Below, piece after piece: positions 38,929 through 49,748 of a stretch of DNA of 64,000 bases. The DNA lies in NCBI GenBank assembly GCA_964270895.1, contig OZ185445.1, one strand, 5' to 3'. The notes beneath the pieces are model-generated. The model had not been told where the DNA came from, made no database searches, and worked only from the letters and a program-made list of their open reading frames with translations. The stretch's first letter is position 1. Each line of letters opens with the position of its first letter. The position numbers and the translations under genes are program-made. The stretch comes from Podarcis filfolensis (taxonomy: Eukaryota).

Positions 38929-38942
38929 CTGACCTCTAGTGG
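38929..38942 (-). promoter_or_regulatory. CTCF core motif
   Basis: Minus strand CCACTAGAGGTCAG, 13/14 match to CCACYAGRKGGCRS. Confidence 0.5.
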
Positions 38943-39269
38943 CGAATTGAGGCCATGCACGCCTGAAGAACCGAGGGAAGGAAACTGGCTGAACAAAACG
39001 CTCAGGTCGTCTCAACTGCGCGTCTCTCCCCGAGAGAGAAAGTTTTCAGCTGGAACTCGAGCTGATGCGATGCTGCACCAAAGAGTCCTGCAACGATTCG
39101 AATTGTGGATAGGGCAGCTTCACAAGCTCAGAGCCACTGACGGGGAGATGCGGGCATTTTGGGTCAACAGAGGCAAGTTTAGCAATAACTCCTTGAAACT
39201 CCACACCGGATTGAACAAACATAGCAATTCGGTTATTGCGGTCCTTAACCAACACATTTCCCACCCAGA

Positions 39270-39467
39270 CATAGGAGCCAACTCCTAGGGGCCAAGGGGT
39301 CTTCGCGCGCCCTCCAGTATCTGAGGGGTCCCCTCCCAAGTTGATGGGCATTGATTGCCATTCAAATAGTGTGCGTGCAGCGTGTCATGTGATCGATTAT
39401 GTGGAGCGGGGCTTACCTGGGTCTCCCCCGCCCAACACACATAATTTTGTTCAGGTTGACACGCTTG
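39270..39467 (+). mobile_element. hAT-like MITE, family copy 1
   Basis: Starts CATAGGAGCCAACTCCTAGGGG, ends CAGGTTGACACGCTTG; flanks CACCCAGA / TGCCCAGA (6/8 TSD); homologous to 47626-47821 and 49805-49988. Confidence 0.75.
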
Positions 39468-39589
39468 TGCCCAGATACGCTGAAGCTGCGATTCTGCCAT
39501 AAGAAAATTTATTTGGGAGGAAGTCCCGCTGAGGTTAGCAGGACGTCCCAATTCACAGCGCAATCCTGTGCTTGTCCACTATCATAGGG

Positions 39590-39850
39590 AAAGGTCAATG
39601 CACCATCTAGCCCAGCGCCCTGTTCTCACAGATGCCCATGGGAAGCCTGCAAGCAGGACCCCAGCGCAGGAGCCATTTCCCCAGCGCCCATTCCCAGCAA
39701 CTTTGCGCTCAGAAGCATTGCTGCTGCTTCTGACCCTATGGAACCATTGATGGCATCCTCCTCCATGGATTTGTCTAGCCCTCTTTGAAAGCCACCCAGG
39801 TTGGGTGTCATCACTACATCTTGCGGGAGCGAATTCCATAGAAATCCTAA
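39590..39850 (-). mobile_element. Degenerate CR1-type 3' fragment
   Basis: Resembles the antisense 3' region of reptile CR1-type repeats (GATGCCCATGGGAAGCC...CAGCAACT...CATCACTACATCTTGCGGGAGCGAATTCCATAG); related copy at 43580-43760. Confidence 0.6.
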
Positions 39851-41085
39851 CTCATTTCCTTGGGTATCCTATACACCCACGTACCTTAAAAACAGTGGAT
39901 ATTTGAATAAACAGGATTGCGCTGTAAATGTGTTTAAATGTAAGGTGCCGGCCAGGGTGACAGACTAAAGGAGAGACACAGATGGCTCTTGCGGGTTCCA
40001 TTATTCTCGTTATGTTTATTTCGTCTTGTTTTAATACCTTTGCTTCTGCGATTGATTTTATGGGCGTGTTGCAGAATAACTACACAATGATTTTAGTGTT
40101 GCCAAGCGCGCTGAAATAAAAGAAACAAAACAAGAAAGCAAAATAAAACAACCTCAGAGCTTCTAAACGGGCGCGTTGCAGATACAGTAGTTCAACTGAA
40201 TCCAGCGGGGATGGCCGAGACCCGCGCAGTCCGATCCTATGCCCGTTTCTTGGGAAGCAAATCTCCTTGTTTACTCCCAGCCAAGCGCGTTCAGAACAAC
40301 CTAAAAAAATAATAGCTGGATTTTGAAAGAAGCCGCCATGGAAAGTACTTCCACGAGTCTTCATATGATGAAATTCTGGCCGTAGCAGAACTTACTCTGC
40401 AAGGGCGCGATCCAGTTAAGGTTACGTACGCTGAAGTCCTATTGGGACAGACGGTCTTTAATTCTCTCGCCGAAGCCAACGGGGCTTTCAAAAAGTGGCC
40501 GGCTTTTGGTTGGGCGATTCTGCCGGCCTGCGTTTCCCACAAGCACGAGTTTCTTCCAGAAATTTGGTGGAACTGGGATAAGGATCGACAGCCAAAATAT
40601 CCATGGACATTATTCGATCATATTGTTCGCTCAGTTTCCCCGATTCCGCAGTGCGCTAAAAACACAGAGACGCGCAGGTGGGGGAATTGAGCGGGGATGC
40701 GATCCTTCTCAAAATGATTTCTTGCGAAGGAATCCTCCGGGCCTTTTCAGGACCCGCAGCTTCCTGCTTTTCTGTCCACCCTCCCAAATCCGCGCCCCCC
40801 TTCTGGGTTCGCGCAGGTGCCTATTTTAACCGCGCCCAGATGAAATTGTGATTGAACCGAAAGGCAAAGCCAAGCCTTCAAAAGTTCCTCTAAAAAAAAC
40901 AACGAATCCCTAGCAGCGACGGGGGATGAAGGAGAAATCCTAAGTCTCTAGTCCTCATGTTCCACGATACCCTGTATCCCAAAAAACTGAGGCTGACGCC
41001 CGCGCATTCTGCAGGCTTCCCCAAATTATTTGCACTCCCAACTATTGAACTATTTCCATGTTGAAGCCTACCCCTCTTCTCTCTT

Positions 41086-41208
41086 TCCGGGATAGCTCAG
41101 TCGGTACAGTTTGAGACTTTAAATTTCCGAGTCGTGCGTTCGAGTCCCACGTTGACCTAATGATCCTCGCGGTCCCTTCCAACTCTACAATTCTGTGATT
41201 GTATTCTG
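41086..41208 (+). mobile_element. tRNA-Lys-derived SINE with CR1 tail (Squam2/POMSINE-like), internally deleted
   Basis: Head TCCGGGATAGCTCAGTCGGTA...GTTCGAGTCCCACGTT (A and B boxes) fused to GGTCCCTTCCAACTCTACAATTCTGTGATT. Confidence 0.8.
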
Positions 41209-42549
41209 AAACAATGTAGGAATCAAACGGAAGCCACCTCTCTTCCCCCTTTCCTGCATGAGAGCATCCTATGTATCCGGTATAACACACAACAGTATTG
41301 CATAATTGGGGTGCAAAATATCTAGACACTTGGATAAAGGAAGCTCGACAAGGTCTGTCTTCTCGGTTTATTGTTGGACGCAAAAGTAGAGCGCTTCCAC
41401 GGAAAGCTTTCTAGAGGAACGGACCTGGAGGCTTTGAAAAATAAGGGGAGGGAGCGAACATATAACCCAGGTAAGAAAAAAAATAAAGTTGTTAAAGTGA
41501 AATCGGTTAATAATGGTGATTGTGAGGATGAGTCATCGGTCTCCAGCCCAGACGCCTTGTATCCTTGGCTCCCCGGATGTGGTTGGACGCCAACTCCCAT
41601 CATCCGTGGGGAAGATGGGAATTAGAGTGGAGGAGCGTCTGGGAAGACAAGGCTGAAGAAGACAGCTCAAGGAATCGAGAAGGCGGAAGGGCAGAGTGAA
41701 AAAAATGGCCAGAAAGATGGACCTTTAGTAGGAAGAGGGATGCACAATAAATAAATAAATGGGATTGTTTTGTTTTTTGTTTTAACACAACAGGAAACGC
41801 TTCAATCACTTCCACGCCGCAGGGGTTTCCTGGATGCTCAAGCCACGTGGGTGAGAAAGGAGCTGACAAGCGCAGAGCACCAGCCAGCAGCTGAAGTCTG
41901 TTGGCATTTCCAGGTGATTACAAACCTGCTGGAATCCAAAGGATGCAAAGCCCATTTTGGACCGAGTGGAGGCAGCATAGGAAGATCTTCAATGTTAGGA
42001 TTATATTTGCATGAATTTTATTATGAATTTATACCCTCATCTTTCCTATGGGGACTATGCAGGGCACACTTCCCAGGCAGTCTCCCATCTAGGCCCACTT
42101 AGTTCCTGCAAGGTTGCTGTGTTGACTGGTTTCAGACTATGTCACAGGCTGGGCACTTAATTTCTTAGGGACACAACTGTTATCCTTTCTGCCACCCCAT
42201 TCTTCACAGATGCTTTCTCTGACTTTCCTAGTTTCAGGACACTAGGCAATGGTTCACCAGCGCAACCTTCCTAGCCAAGAGATACAGCCATGGGGAAAAG
42301 CAGCACCTGTTGAATGTCTGCTTGTTTTGTTTTTTAAACCACCATGCACTTCTGGCAGGGAAAGGTGACAACCTAACCCCCAATTTTGCCTTCCTCCAGC
42401 AAATGGATAGCTGGGAAATGTTTGGAGAAATGTGTTGCCTGGATGTGATTAGCTTTAAAGCAACAACCCTTATTCCAGGCCACGTGTTTAAGGGATTCCT
42501 GGTTTTGCAGAGTGAACAGTGTGCCCAGCAGCAGCACTGAAGCCCATTA

Positions 42550-42622
42550 CAGAATCATAGAATTGTAGAGTTGGAAGGGACCCAAAGGGTCATCTAGTCC
42601 AATGCCCTGAGATGCAGGAATC
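42550..42622 (-). mobile_element. Headless body and tail of the same CR1-tailed SINE family
   Basis: Minus strand GATTCCTGCATCTCAGGGCATTGGACTAGATGACCCTTTGGGTCCCTTCCAACTCTACAATTCTATGATTCTG. Confidence 0.75.
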
Positions 42623-43579
42623 ACAGCAGGAACCATTAGCATTGCCCAATTGATTTCCAGGTTGATTTCAGATGATCTCCTACAAAGTCAGTGAGCACAG
42701 CAACAGGTAAGGTCACCACCTTTCTTCCCCAACAAAGACTCTGTGCTTTTTAAGAGCTCTGCACGGCCAGCAGGCACTCAGCTTGGGGACACAGTGATGG
42801 GGGAAGCCTCTCCTGTTGCTCTTTTGCAGCTCCTAAAAACACATGTTGTTCTACTAGGAACAGCAATGGCAACAGGATGTCCTCTTCTAGACCCAAGCCT
42901 TCATTGCTGGTCTGCTGGATCTCCCCTAACCACAATTCATAAACAGAAGATGATGCAAACATCTCAAGTGAACTACATTATGGAACACACAAAGATTCTC
43001 TCTCTCTCTCTCTCTCCCCTCTCCCTCTATCCCACCCACCCACCCACACTCCTGCCCTTGGAAGACAGGGCTGAGTAAATAAACTGAATAAAAAGATGTG
43101 TGCCATCACAAATTTGCACAAATGGCAAACTCACAGTGGCACCAGCCAAGGCCAAGAGGAAAGTATCAGTAGGCTCAGGAGAGCCCCAGTTTCTGCAGAA
43201 GTACAAAATACTTTAGAAAGAAAAACTAATGGGGAGACCCCAAAGCAGCCTCACAATGAATGATCATGCCCAATTATCACTGAATGCTGACTGTCCATGG
43301 TGGAGTTTGGGGTTAGAATGGGAAATAAGAGGCGGGAACAAAATGGAATACCCTAGAATAGGGCATGGCTAGTAGGCAGGAACCCTGAATGATAGCACTA
43401 CACACAACTCTTTTTTTGCAGTTCCCACTTCTAAATACATTATATATTCATCCTCATACTTCACCTAGAATGATTTCATTATGTGTTGGTGTAGGAATAT
43501 TCAGTAACCTATGTTGTTGGGAACAATCTGAAGGACTGTTTATTCTATTAAAGTCAATGTTGTTTGCTCAATGCTCAGT

Positions 43580-43760
43580 GTCAGTGCCTTATAACCAGAT
43601 ACCCGTGGAAAGTCCACAAACAGGACAGGTGCTCAGTGTCACTTTCCTCATCTGTGATTCCCAGCAGCTGGTAGTCATAGGCAGACTGACTGCCTCCTAC
43701 AGTGAAGGTGGAGCATAGCTGTCAGGTTTAGTAGCCACTGAGTATCCATTGCAGTAGTGC
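43580..43760 (-). mobile_element. Degenerate CR1-type 3' fragment (second copy)
   Basis: Similar to 39590-39850 (AACCAGATACCCGTGGAAAGTCCACAAACAGGAC...CCCAGCAGCTGG). Confidence 0.5.
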
Positions 43761-44527
43761 TGAGCCAGAGTGGATTTATCCAAAAGGATGGGCTGCGGTT
43801 GGGAGCAAAATGGCACCTGCTGCTGTAGACCAAATAGTTACCTGTATTAGGGATTGAGATTTAGTATTAACTAGGGGCTGTTAATCCACTGCAGATCCTG
43901 TTTGCAGGTTTAAAAAATGGCGGCCCTTAGTTACCTCAGCAAAACGTCTCCCCTTTTACTCCTGGAAGGCAATTGACAAAATAGGTGTTTGCTGTTCATG
44001 GCTTTAAGTTAGTACTGACCGTTTCTGGAGGAAATCACCTGCCATGTTAAGATAAGGTTGCCATATTTCCAAAAGTGAGAATCCAGACACAAAAGTTGTT
44101 GTTTTTTGGAAATTTGTGATTTCTGCCTGGGTGCTGTTACAGACAGCTGAATCTCAGCTATGTCCGGGATATTCCGGATGTATGGCAATCCTATGTTAAG
44201 ATACATATTATTATTATTATTATTATTACCCCAGCCACTTAGCCACATTTGGGCATCCATTAGGGGAAAGGGATCTCAGGACCCGGAACCCTAGAACAGG
44301 GTGGGAAGCCTCAGGCCTGAAGGCATCTCCAGCTGACCCTCAGGGTTCTCGTCCAACCCCACACCCTTCTCATCCAGACTTTGCACACCCTTTTTGAGTG
44401 TTTTTGCCTGGCTGGAATGTGTCCCTAAGCCCTGATAATACCTCTTGCTTAACTTGGGTGGAGAATAGAAAGAGGGGGTGAGGGTGATGAAACTAGCCTA
44501 TTGTACAAAGGTAACACAGAAGCATAG

Positions 44528-44885
44528 GGGACGCGAGTGGCACTGTGGGTTAAACCACAGAGCCTAGGACTTGCCGATCAGAAGGTCGGCGGTTCGAATC
44601 CCCGCGAAGGGGTGAGCTCCCATTGCTCGGTCCCTGCTCCTGCCAACCTAGCAGTTTGAAAGCACGTCAAAGTGCAAGTAGATAAATAGGTACCACTCCA
44701 GCGGGAAGGTAAACGGCATTTCCATGCGCTGCTCTGGTTCGCCAGAAGCGGCTTAGTCATGCTGGCCACATGACCCGGAAGCTGTACGCCGGCTCCCTCG
44801 GCCAGTAAAGCGAGATGAGCGCCGCAACCCCAGAGTCGGCCACGACTGGACCTAATGGTCAGGGGTCCCTTTACCTTTACCTTTA
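44528..44885 (+). mobile_element. Full-length Sauria SINE (Squam1)
   Basis: GGGACGCGAGTGGCACTGTGGGTTAAACC head, B box GGTTCGAATCC, (ACCTTT)n tail; 16-bp TSD TAACACAGAA(G/C)CATAG at 44512-27 and 44884-99, one mismatch. Confidence 0.95.
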
Positions 44886-44941
44886 ACACAGAACCATAGG
44901 ATCACTGAGTTGGAAGGGACCCTGAGAATCATCTAGTTCCA

Positions 44942-45518
44942 TTTAAAACCCTAAATGACCTTGGCCCAGTATACTTGAATATCAGGAACATGCCCCGCCT
45001 CCCCCAGGACCCAGTAGAAGAGGCATACGGGGTTCTGGAGCTGTTCCTGTTGGGGATGGAGCTCTGATTCAGATTAGGACATCTGTTGTGAGAGAACCAC
45101 TCTGGATGTAAGCTTTTGTAAATAAAGACCAATTGAGGTGATGATAACCATTTCCCGAGCTTGCTGGACTGCTTGCGGCTAACGAGCATTATACTGAAGG
45201 AGCGTCTCCACCCACATCATTCAGCCCAGACACTGAGGTCCAGCTCCAAGGGCCTTCTGGCAGTTCTCTCCCTGCAAGAAGCGAGGCTACAGGGAACCAG
45301 GAAGAGGGCCTTCTTGGTAGTGGCGCCTGCCCTGTGGAACGCCCTCCCATCAGATGTCAAAGAGATAAACAACTACCTGACATTTAGAAGACATCTGAAG
45401 TTTTTAATGTTTGATGTTTTACCATGTTTTTAATATTCTGTTGGGAGCCGCCCAGATGGGCAGGGTATGTATGTATGTATAAAATAAATAAATAATAATA
45501 ATAATAATAATAATAATA

Positions 45519-45520
<2 letters not shown>
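44942..45520 (+). mobile_element. 5'-truncated L2 LINE 3' end, interrupted by an approximately 211-bp insertion (44980-45190)
   Basis: Translation LKERLHPHHSAQTLRSSSKGLLAV...RAFLVVAPALWNALPSDVKEINNYLTFRRHLK is typical of the L2 ORF2 C-terminus; ends in an (AAT)n tail. Confidence 0.8.

Positions 45521-45562
<42 letters not shown>
45491..45562. repeat. (AAT)10 directly followed by (TAT)14: AT-rich palindrome
   Basis: Directly seen; 30-bp arms 45491-45520 and 45522-45551. Confidence 0.95.
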
Positions 45563-45566
45563 CCCA

Positions 45567-45653
45567 CCCCCCTGCAATGCAGGAATATGCAGCTGTTCCT
45601 TACGGGGATCAAACATGCAACCTTGGCGTTATCAGCACCACACTCTAACCGGC
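45567..45653 (-). mobile_element. tRNA-Ile-derived SINE head and partial body
   Basis: Minus strand GCCGGTTAGAGTGTGGTGCTGATAACGCCAAGGTTGCATGTTTGATCCCCGTAAGGAACAGCTGCATATTCCTGCATTGCAGGGGGG; the head matches vertebrate tRNA-Ile(AAT). Confidence 0.75.
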
Positions 45654-46334
45654 TTTTCCTCCACTCACTTTTGTATCTGACCTCCCACCACTACCATGTG
45701 GCCCCAGACGTTTGCCTGGAAAAGAATGCCGTTCTGAAAAATTGTACATTTTAAACTACTGATTTTATTAATATATTTTTTAATTTGTTGTTTTGGATTG
45801 TATGGCCTTTGGGGGTAGATTTGCAGAGCCATGTACATTGGTGATGCAATATAAATGAATGTCCATCGTCATCATCGTCACTGCCATGTTTCGTACCCCT
45901 GCCATAGAACCAGCCCCAAGTGGCACCTCTTGGCAATGCTCAACCTCTTCCCTACTTTCACGAGGAGCATTATTTGATTTGAAAGTTATGGTGGTGCTTT
46001 GTAAAGTGTGTTGTGCATTTAGGTGTCAGTGGGGCAAACTCAGCAGTGTGTATGATGTCCCAGTTGTGGATAATGGAGGGCCTGCTGGAGAGGAGGAATG
46101 AGTCGTGGTCTCAGGGACTGGAATATCTGGAGATGAGAGAGCCCATGAGGATAACTCATGTGCTGAACAGGAGCAGATGTCAATAGAGACAGCTTGTCTG
46201 GCTGTTTGGATGCCAAATTTGCTGCATGAATCACTGGGGCACACTTGTCAGACAGCCTGTTTGTGAATGTCGGTTGCATCTGGTTTGATTGTTTGTTAGG
46301 GAGAGCTGACATTTTGCTGCAGGCAATGTTTACA

Positions 46335-46403
46335 GAAGAAGAAGAAGAAGAAGAAGAAGAAGAAGAAGAAGAAGAAGAAGAAGAGGAGGAAGAAGAAGAA
46401 GAA
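46335..46403. repeat. (GAA)n microsatellite
   Basis: Directly seen, with a GAGGAG interruption. Confidence 0.95.
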
Positions 46404-47204
46404 AATAATACTGGCAAGGATGGAGCTGAAAGTTTCATTGCCTGCCTTCCTCTCCTCAGTATACTTAGGTTGCTAAGAAATGGTTCTGTTAAAAGAAGAA
46501 GAAAAAAGTCCCATTTTCCTTTAGAGGGAAATGGTGAATGTGAGCTTGACAAAGGAAGCCAAAATGACTTTCTTTTATGTAAGGAGAATCATGTTTCCAT
46601 TATAAGGAGGTGCCTGTAGCTAACTGGCAAGCCAGCATACAATGCAGTGAAACCAAAATACTTGGATTCAAAACATTTTAATCCCATTGATGCCCACTGA
46701 GAAAGCTCATGTAAATGCAAGTGGTTTGATTTAACTGGGTTGTGGATTATATAGTGTATGGACTTATATATAAAAAGTCAAACCTAAAAAACCTATTTCT
46801 TCAATGCTACCTTAGGGAGGAAATATTTTATCCTACAAACCAGATTTAAAGCAGCTATATATGTTGATCTAAGGAAAAAAATTCCCACTCTGGACATTTT
46901 TATCTTGCAAGAAATCCCAGGCACATTATATGTTTATGTCCCGGCCCTAGCATTAGGCAGAGTGAAGCAGCTGCTTTAGGTAGCAGATACTGTGGAAAGG
47001 CAGCATAATACCCAAGGATTGGGCTGGCTGTTCCACATGCCCTCCTCTACCCTCCCTTAAACTAGCCCTCTGCCTCTCTGTTTGCTTTCTGCTTATAATT
47101 TTACCGGTTGGCTGTTGTTTTACTTGTTTACTGTCTATTGTATTTTATTCTTTTTCTCATGCTGTAATCCCCCCCTTGGGTGAATGGTGGGTAATGAATA
47201 TGCT

Positions 47205-47249
47205 AAACAAACAAACAAACAAACAAACAAACAAACAAACAAACAAACA
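47205..47249. repeat. (AAAC)n microsatellite
   Basis: Directly seen. Confidence 0.95.
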
Positions 47250-47625
47250 CCCTGCCCTTCAAGGCATAAATGCCACTCAAGGCTGCTTCAGATATCTTAA
47301 AGTAAAACTAGAGAAGCAAAATCAGATATATTTACACAATAAACCAACCATGATAACAAGAGCAGAAACCAAAAGTCAAATCATCTGCAGGAGCATCACT
47401 TGTCGCTCCCTGAGTTGGTGAAGCTTGTTTGATAACAATGAGAAATCAAGCCTTTAAAGTCATTGGCTCTGTCCTGTGGAATTTATTGCTGTTATTATTA
47501 TTATTAGATTTATAATAACAAATTCAATAATAACAAACCCTTCATCCAAAGATGAATATTGATTCAGTAGATGCCTTCTGTGCCTACTGAAAACTTTTCT
47601 ATCCCACCAGGCCTATGCAGGCAAT

Positions 47626-47821
47626 TGGAGGTGGCAACTTGAATAAAACATGGGGGGAGGGGGTCAGGTAAACCCCGCCCTACACAACCAGTCACATGAC
47701 GCAGTGCACACACACTATTTGAATGACAATGTCCATCAACTTTGGGAAGGCCCAGCCTCCTCAAATATTTTATTGGAGGCAGGAGTAAAGGTACCTTGGC
47801 CTCTAGGAGTTGGCTCCTACA
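47626..47821 (-). mobile_element. hAT-like MITE, family copy 2
   Basis: Reverse-complement homologue of 39270-39467; perfect 8-bp TSD CAGGCAAT at 47618-25 and 47822-29. Confidence 0.85.
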
Positions 47822-48025
47822 CAGGCAATTAAGCATACATCCTTCTGCAATGGTTACTTGATGTCTGTTTTTAGCTGTTTTAATTTTTTTTATGATTTTA
47901 TTGCTGTGAATCACTTAGACATTTTTAAATGATATAGTGGTATACAAATACTTTTACAAACAAACAAAAACAAACAAACAACAAACAGTTATTTGAGAAA
48001 CTTCCCCACTATTTGCACACCTTAT

Positions 48026-48398
48026 GGGACGCGGGTGGTGCTGTGGTCTAAACCACAGAGCCTAGGGCTTGCCGTTCAGAAGGTCGGCAGTTTGAATCCC
48101 TGCGACAGGGTGAGCTCCTGTTGCTCGGTCCCTGCTCCTGCCCACCTAGCAGTTCGAAAGCACATCAAGTGCAAGTAGATAAATACCGGTAGGTACCGCT
48201 CCGGTGATAAGGTACCGTAAATGGCATTTCCGTGCGCTGCTCTGGTTTCGCCAGAAGCGGCTTAGTCATGCTGGCCACATGACCTGGAAGCTGTCTGTGG
48301 ACAAATGCCGGCTCCCTCGGCCTGTAGAGCGAGATGAGTGCCGCAACCCCAGAGTCGTCCGTGACTGGACCTAACAGTCAGGTGTACCTTTACTTTTA
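48026..48398 (+). mobile_element. Full-length Sauria SINE (Squam1), different subfamily from 44528
   Basis: Same head, body and tail; carries the longer GCTGTCTGTGGACAAATGCCGG segment where the 44528 copy has GCTGTACGCCGG. Confidence 0.93.
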
Positions 48399-49499
48399 AG
48401 AGGACAAGCAGATGATGCAGCAACTTGCAGAATCGTATGCTACATATGAATAACCAACCTTCTTTGACTGGACTTAACCATCCAGGGGTCCTTTACATTT
48501 ACCTTTTTACCTCTCATATCCCCCAAGTGTGGATTTCTTTGGAGAAACCTTGCAATCATTTGTGTATTTTTAATAGATTTGTATATTTAATTCATTTTGG
48601 TGTCCTTAGATCATTTCCCCTTCAACTCAATTCAGACAGAAAGCATTTGTATTTTCCTGTGTTGTAATATTTTTCATCTTGTATATTAAAATATTCAGAT
48701 GAAAAATAGCTTTAAAAATGCCCACTGTAACAATAAAGTTCTGCTTATAAGTGGGCAGAAAGGGACCAGCTGAGTCTCTGGCTCCCAAAAATTCAGTGGG
48801 ATTTACATTCACTCTCCAGGAAGTGTGCTTAGGGCTGCAACCTTAGAGTCCTCCTCCTACTTCTTTGAAGTAAAAAAAAGAAAGAAAAAAGCTAGGCAAA
48901 CCCCAGGGCCTTTGGCATTGCTTTGCTTGTGTCCCTGCAGTGCCAAACCATCTCCCTGTTGGTAATGTGCAAACCAGGATAAGTTACTGTCTTAGACAGA
49001 AAAGGAGTCAACGCAGAAGCTGCAGCAAACCCAGCCATCACTCTGCTGTCCCCTGGGAGCTGAACCCAGGAGAGTGAGGGCAGAATTGGGCTTCTCAAGA
49101 CTATTACCAGGCTCGAGGTTTTCCTTTGCAAATCTATCAAAACAGAAGGCTATTAATGTAACTGCACACTGAGAAAAGCACATGATTTGACTCAGAGCTG
49201 GTGCAGCATTACGGCAACACTAAACTCGGGAACTGGAGATAATACAAACAGTGGGATAATGTCACAACACACACATCCCCCCGCCTCCCCCCCCACGTTG
49301 ACAGGTACCTGCGCCGGGAAAAGAAAAGGAGTTCCTACTGCCTCCTCTGAGAAAGGGAATTGCAGAAGAAGCAAGCGAGCCAAAGCTTTGCCATGGAGAT
49401 GTGCTGTTTTTGGGAGATGGAAATTCAGGCCCCAACCAGAGGGACCAACAACAATCTGTTGCAGCGCATCTTCATGCTGCTCATGAGTGTTTTTGCCTC

Positions 49500-49748
49500 A
49501 GAAGAAGAAGAGTTTGGATTTGATATCTTGCTTTATCACTACCCAAAGGAGTCTCAAAGCGGCTAACATTCTCCTTTCCCTTCCTCCCCCACAACAAACA
49601 CTCTGTGAGGTGAGTGGGGCTGAGAGACTTCAAAGAAGTGTGACTGGCCCAAGGTCACCCAGCAGCTGCATGTGGAGGAGCGGAGACGCGAACCTGGTTC
49701 ACCAGATTACGAGTCTACCGCTCTTAACCACTACACCACACTGGCTCT
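49500..49748 (-). mobile_element. CORE-SINE (Squam3/MIR-like)
   Basis: Minus strand AGAGCCAGTGTGGTGTAGTGGTTAAGAGCGG tRNA head, CORE-like GGGTGACCTTGGGCCAGTCAC...CTCACAGAGTGTTTGTTGTG, and (TCT)n tail. Confidence 0.85.

Noticed and set aside
41086-41160. tRNA-Lys gene
   Set aside because: Acceptor stem cannot pair, there are many substitutions, and the sequence runs into a CR1-type tail: a SINE.
8900-41700. MEF2 binding sites (YTAWWWWTAR) upstream of miR-9-2
   Set aside because: My visual scan found only near-misses (e.g. 14883, 20279, 20463); a matrix scan is needed before any claim.
46245-46619. Poly-glutamate ORF
   Set aside because: Translation of a (GAA)n microsatellite.
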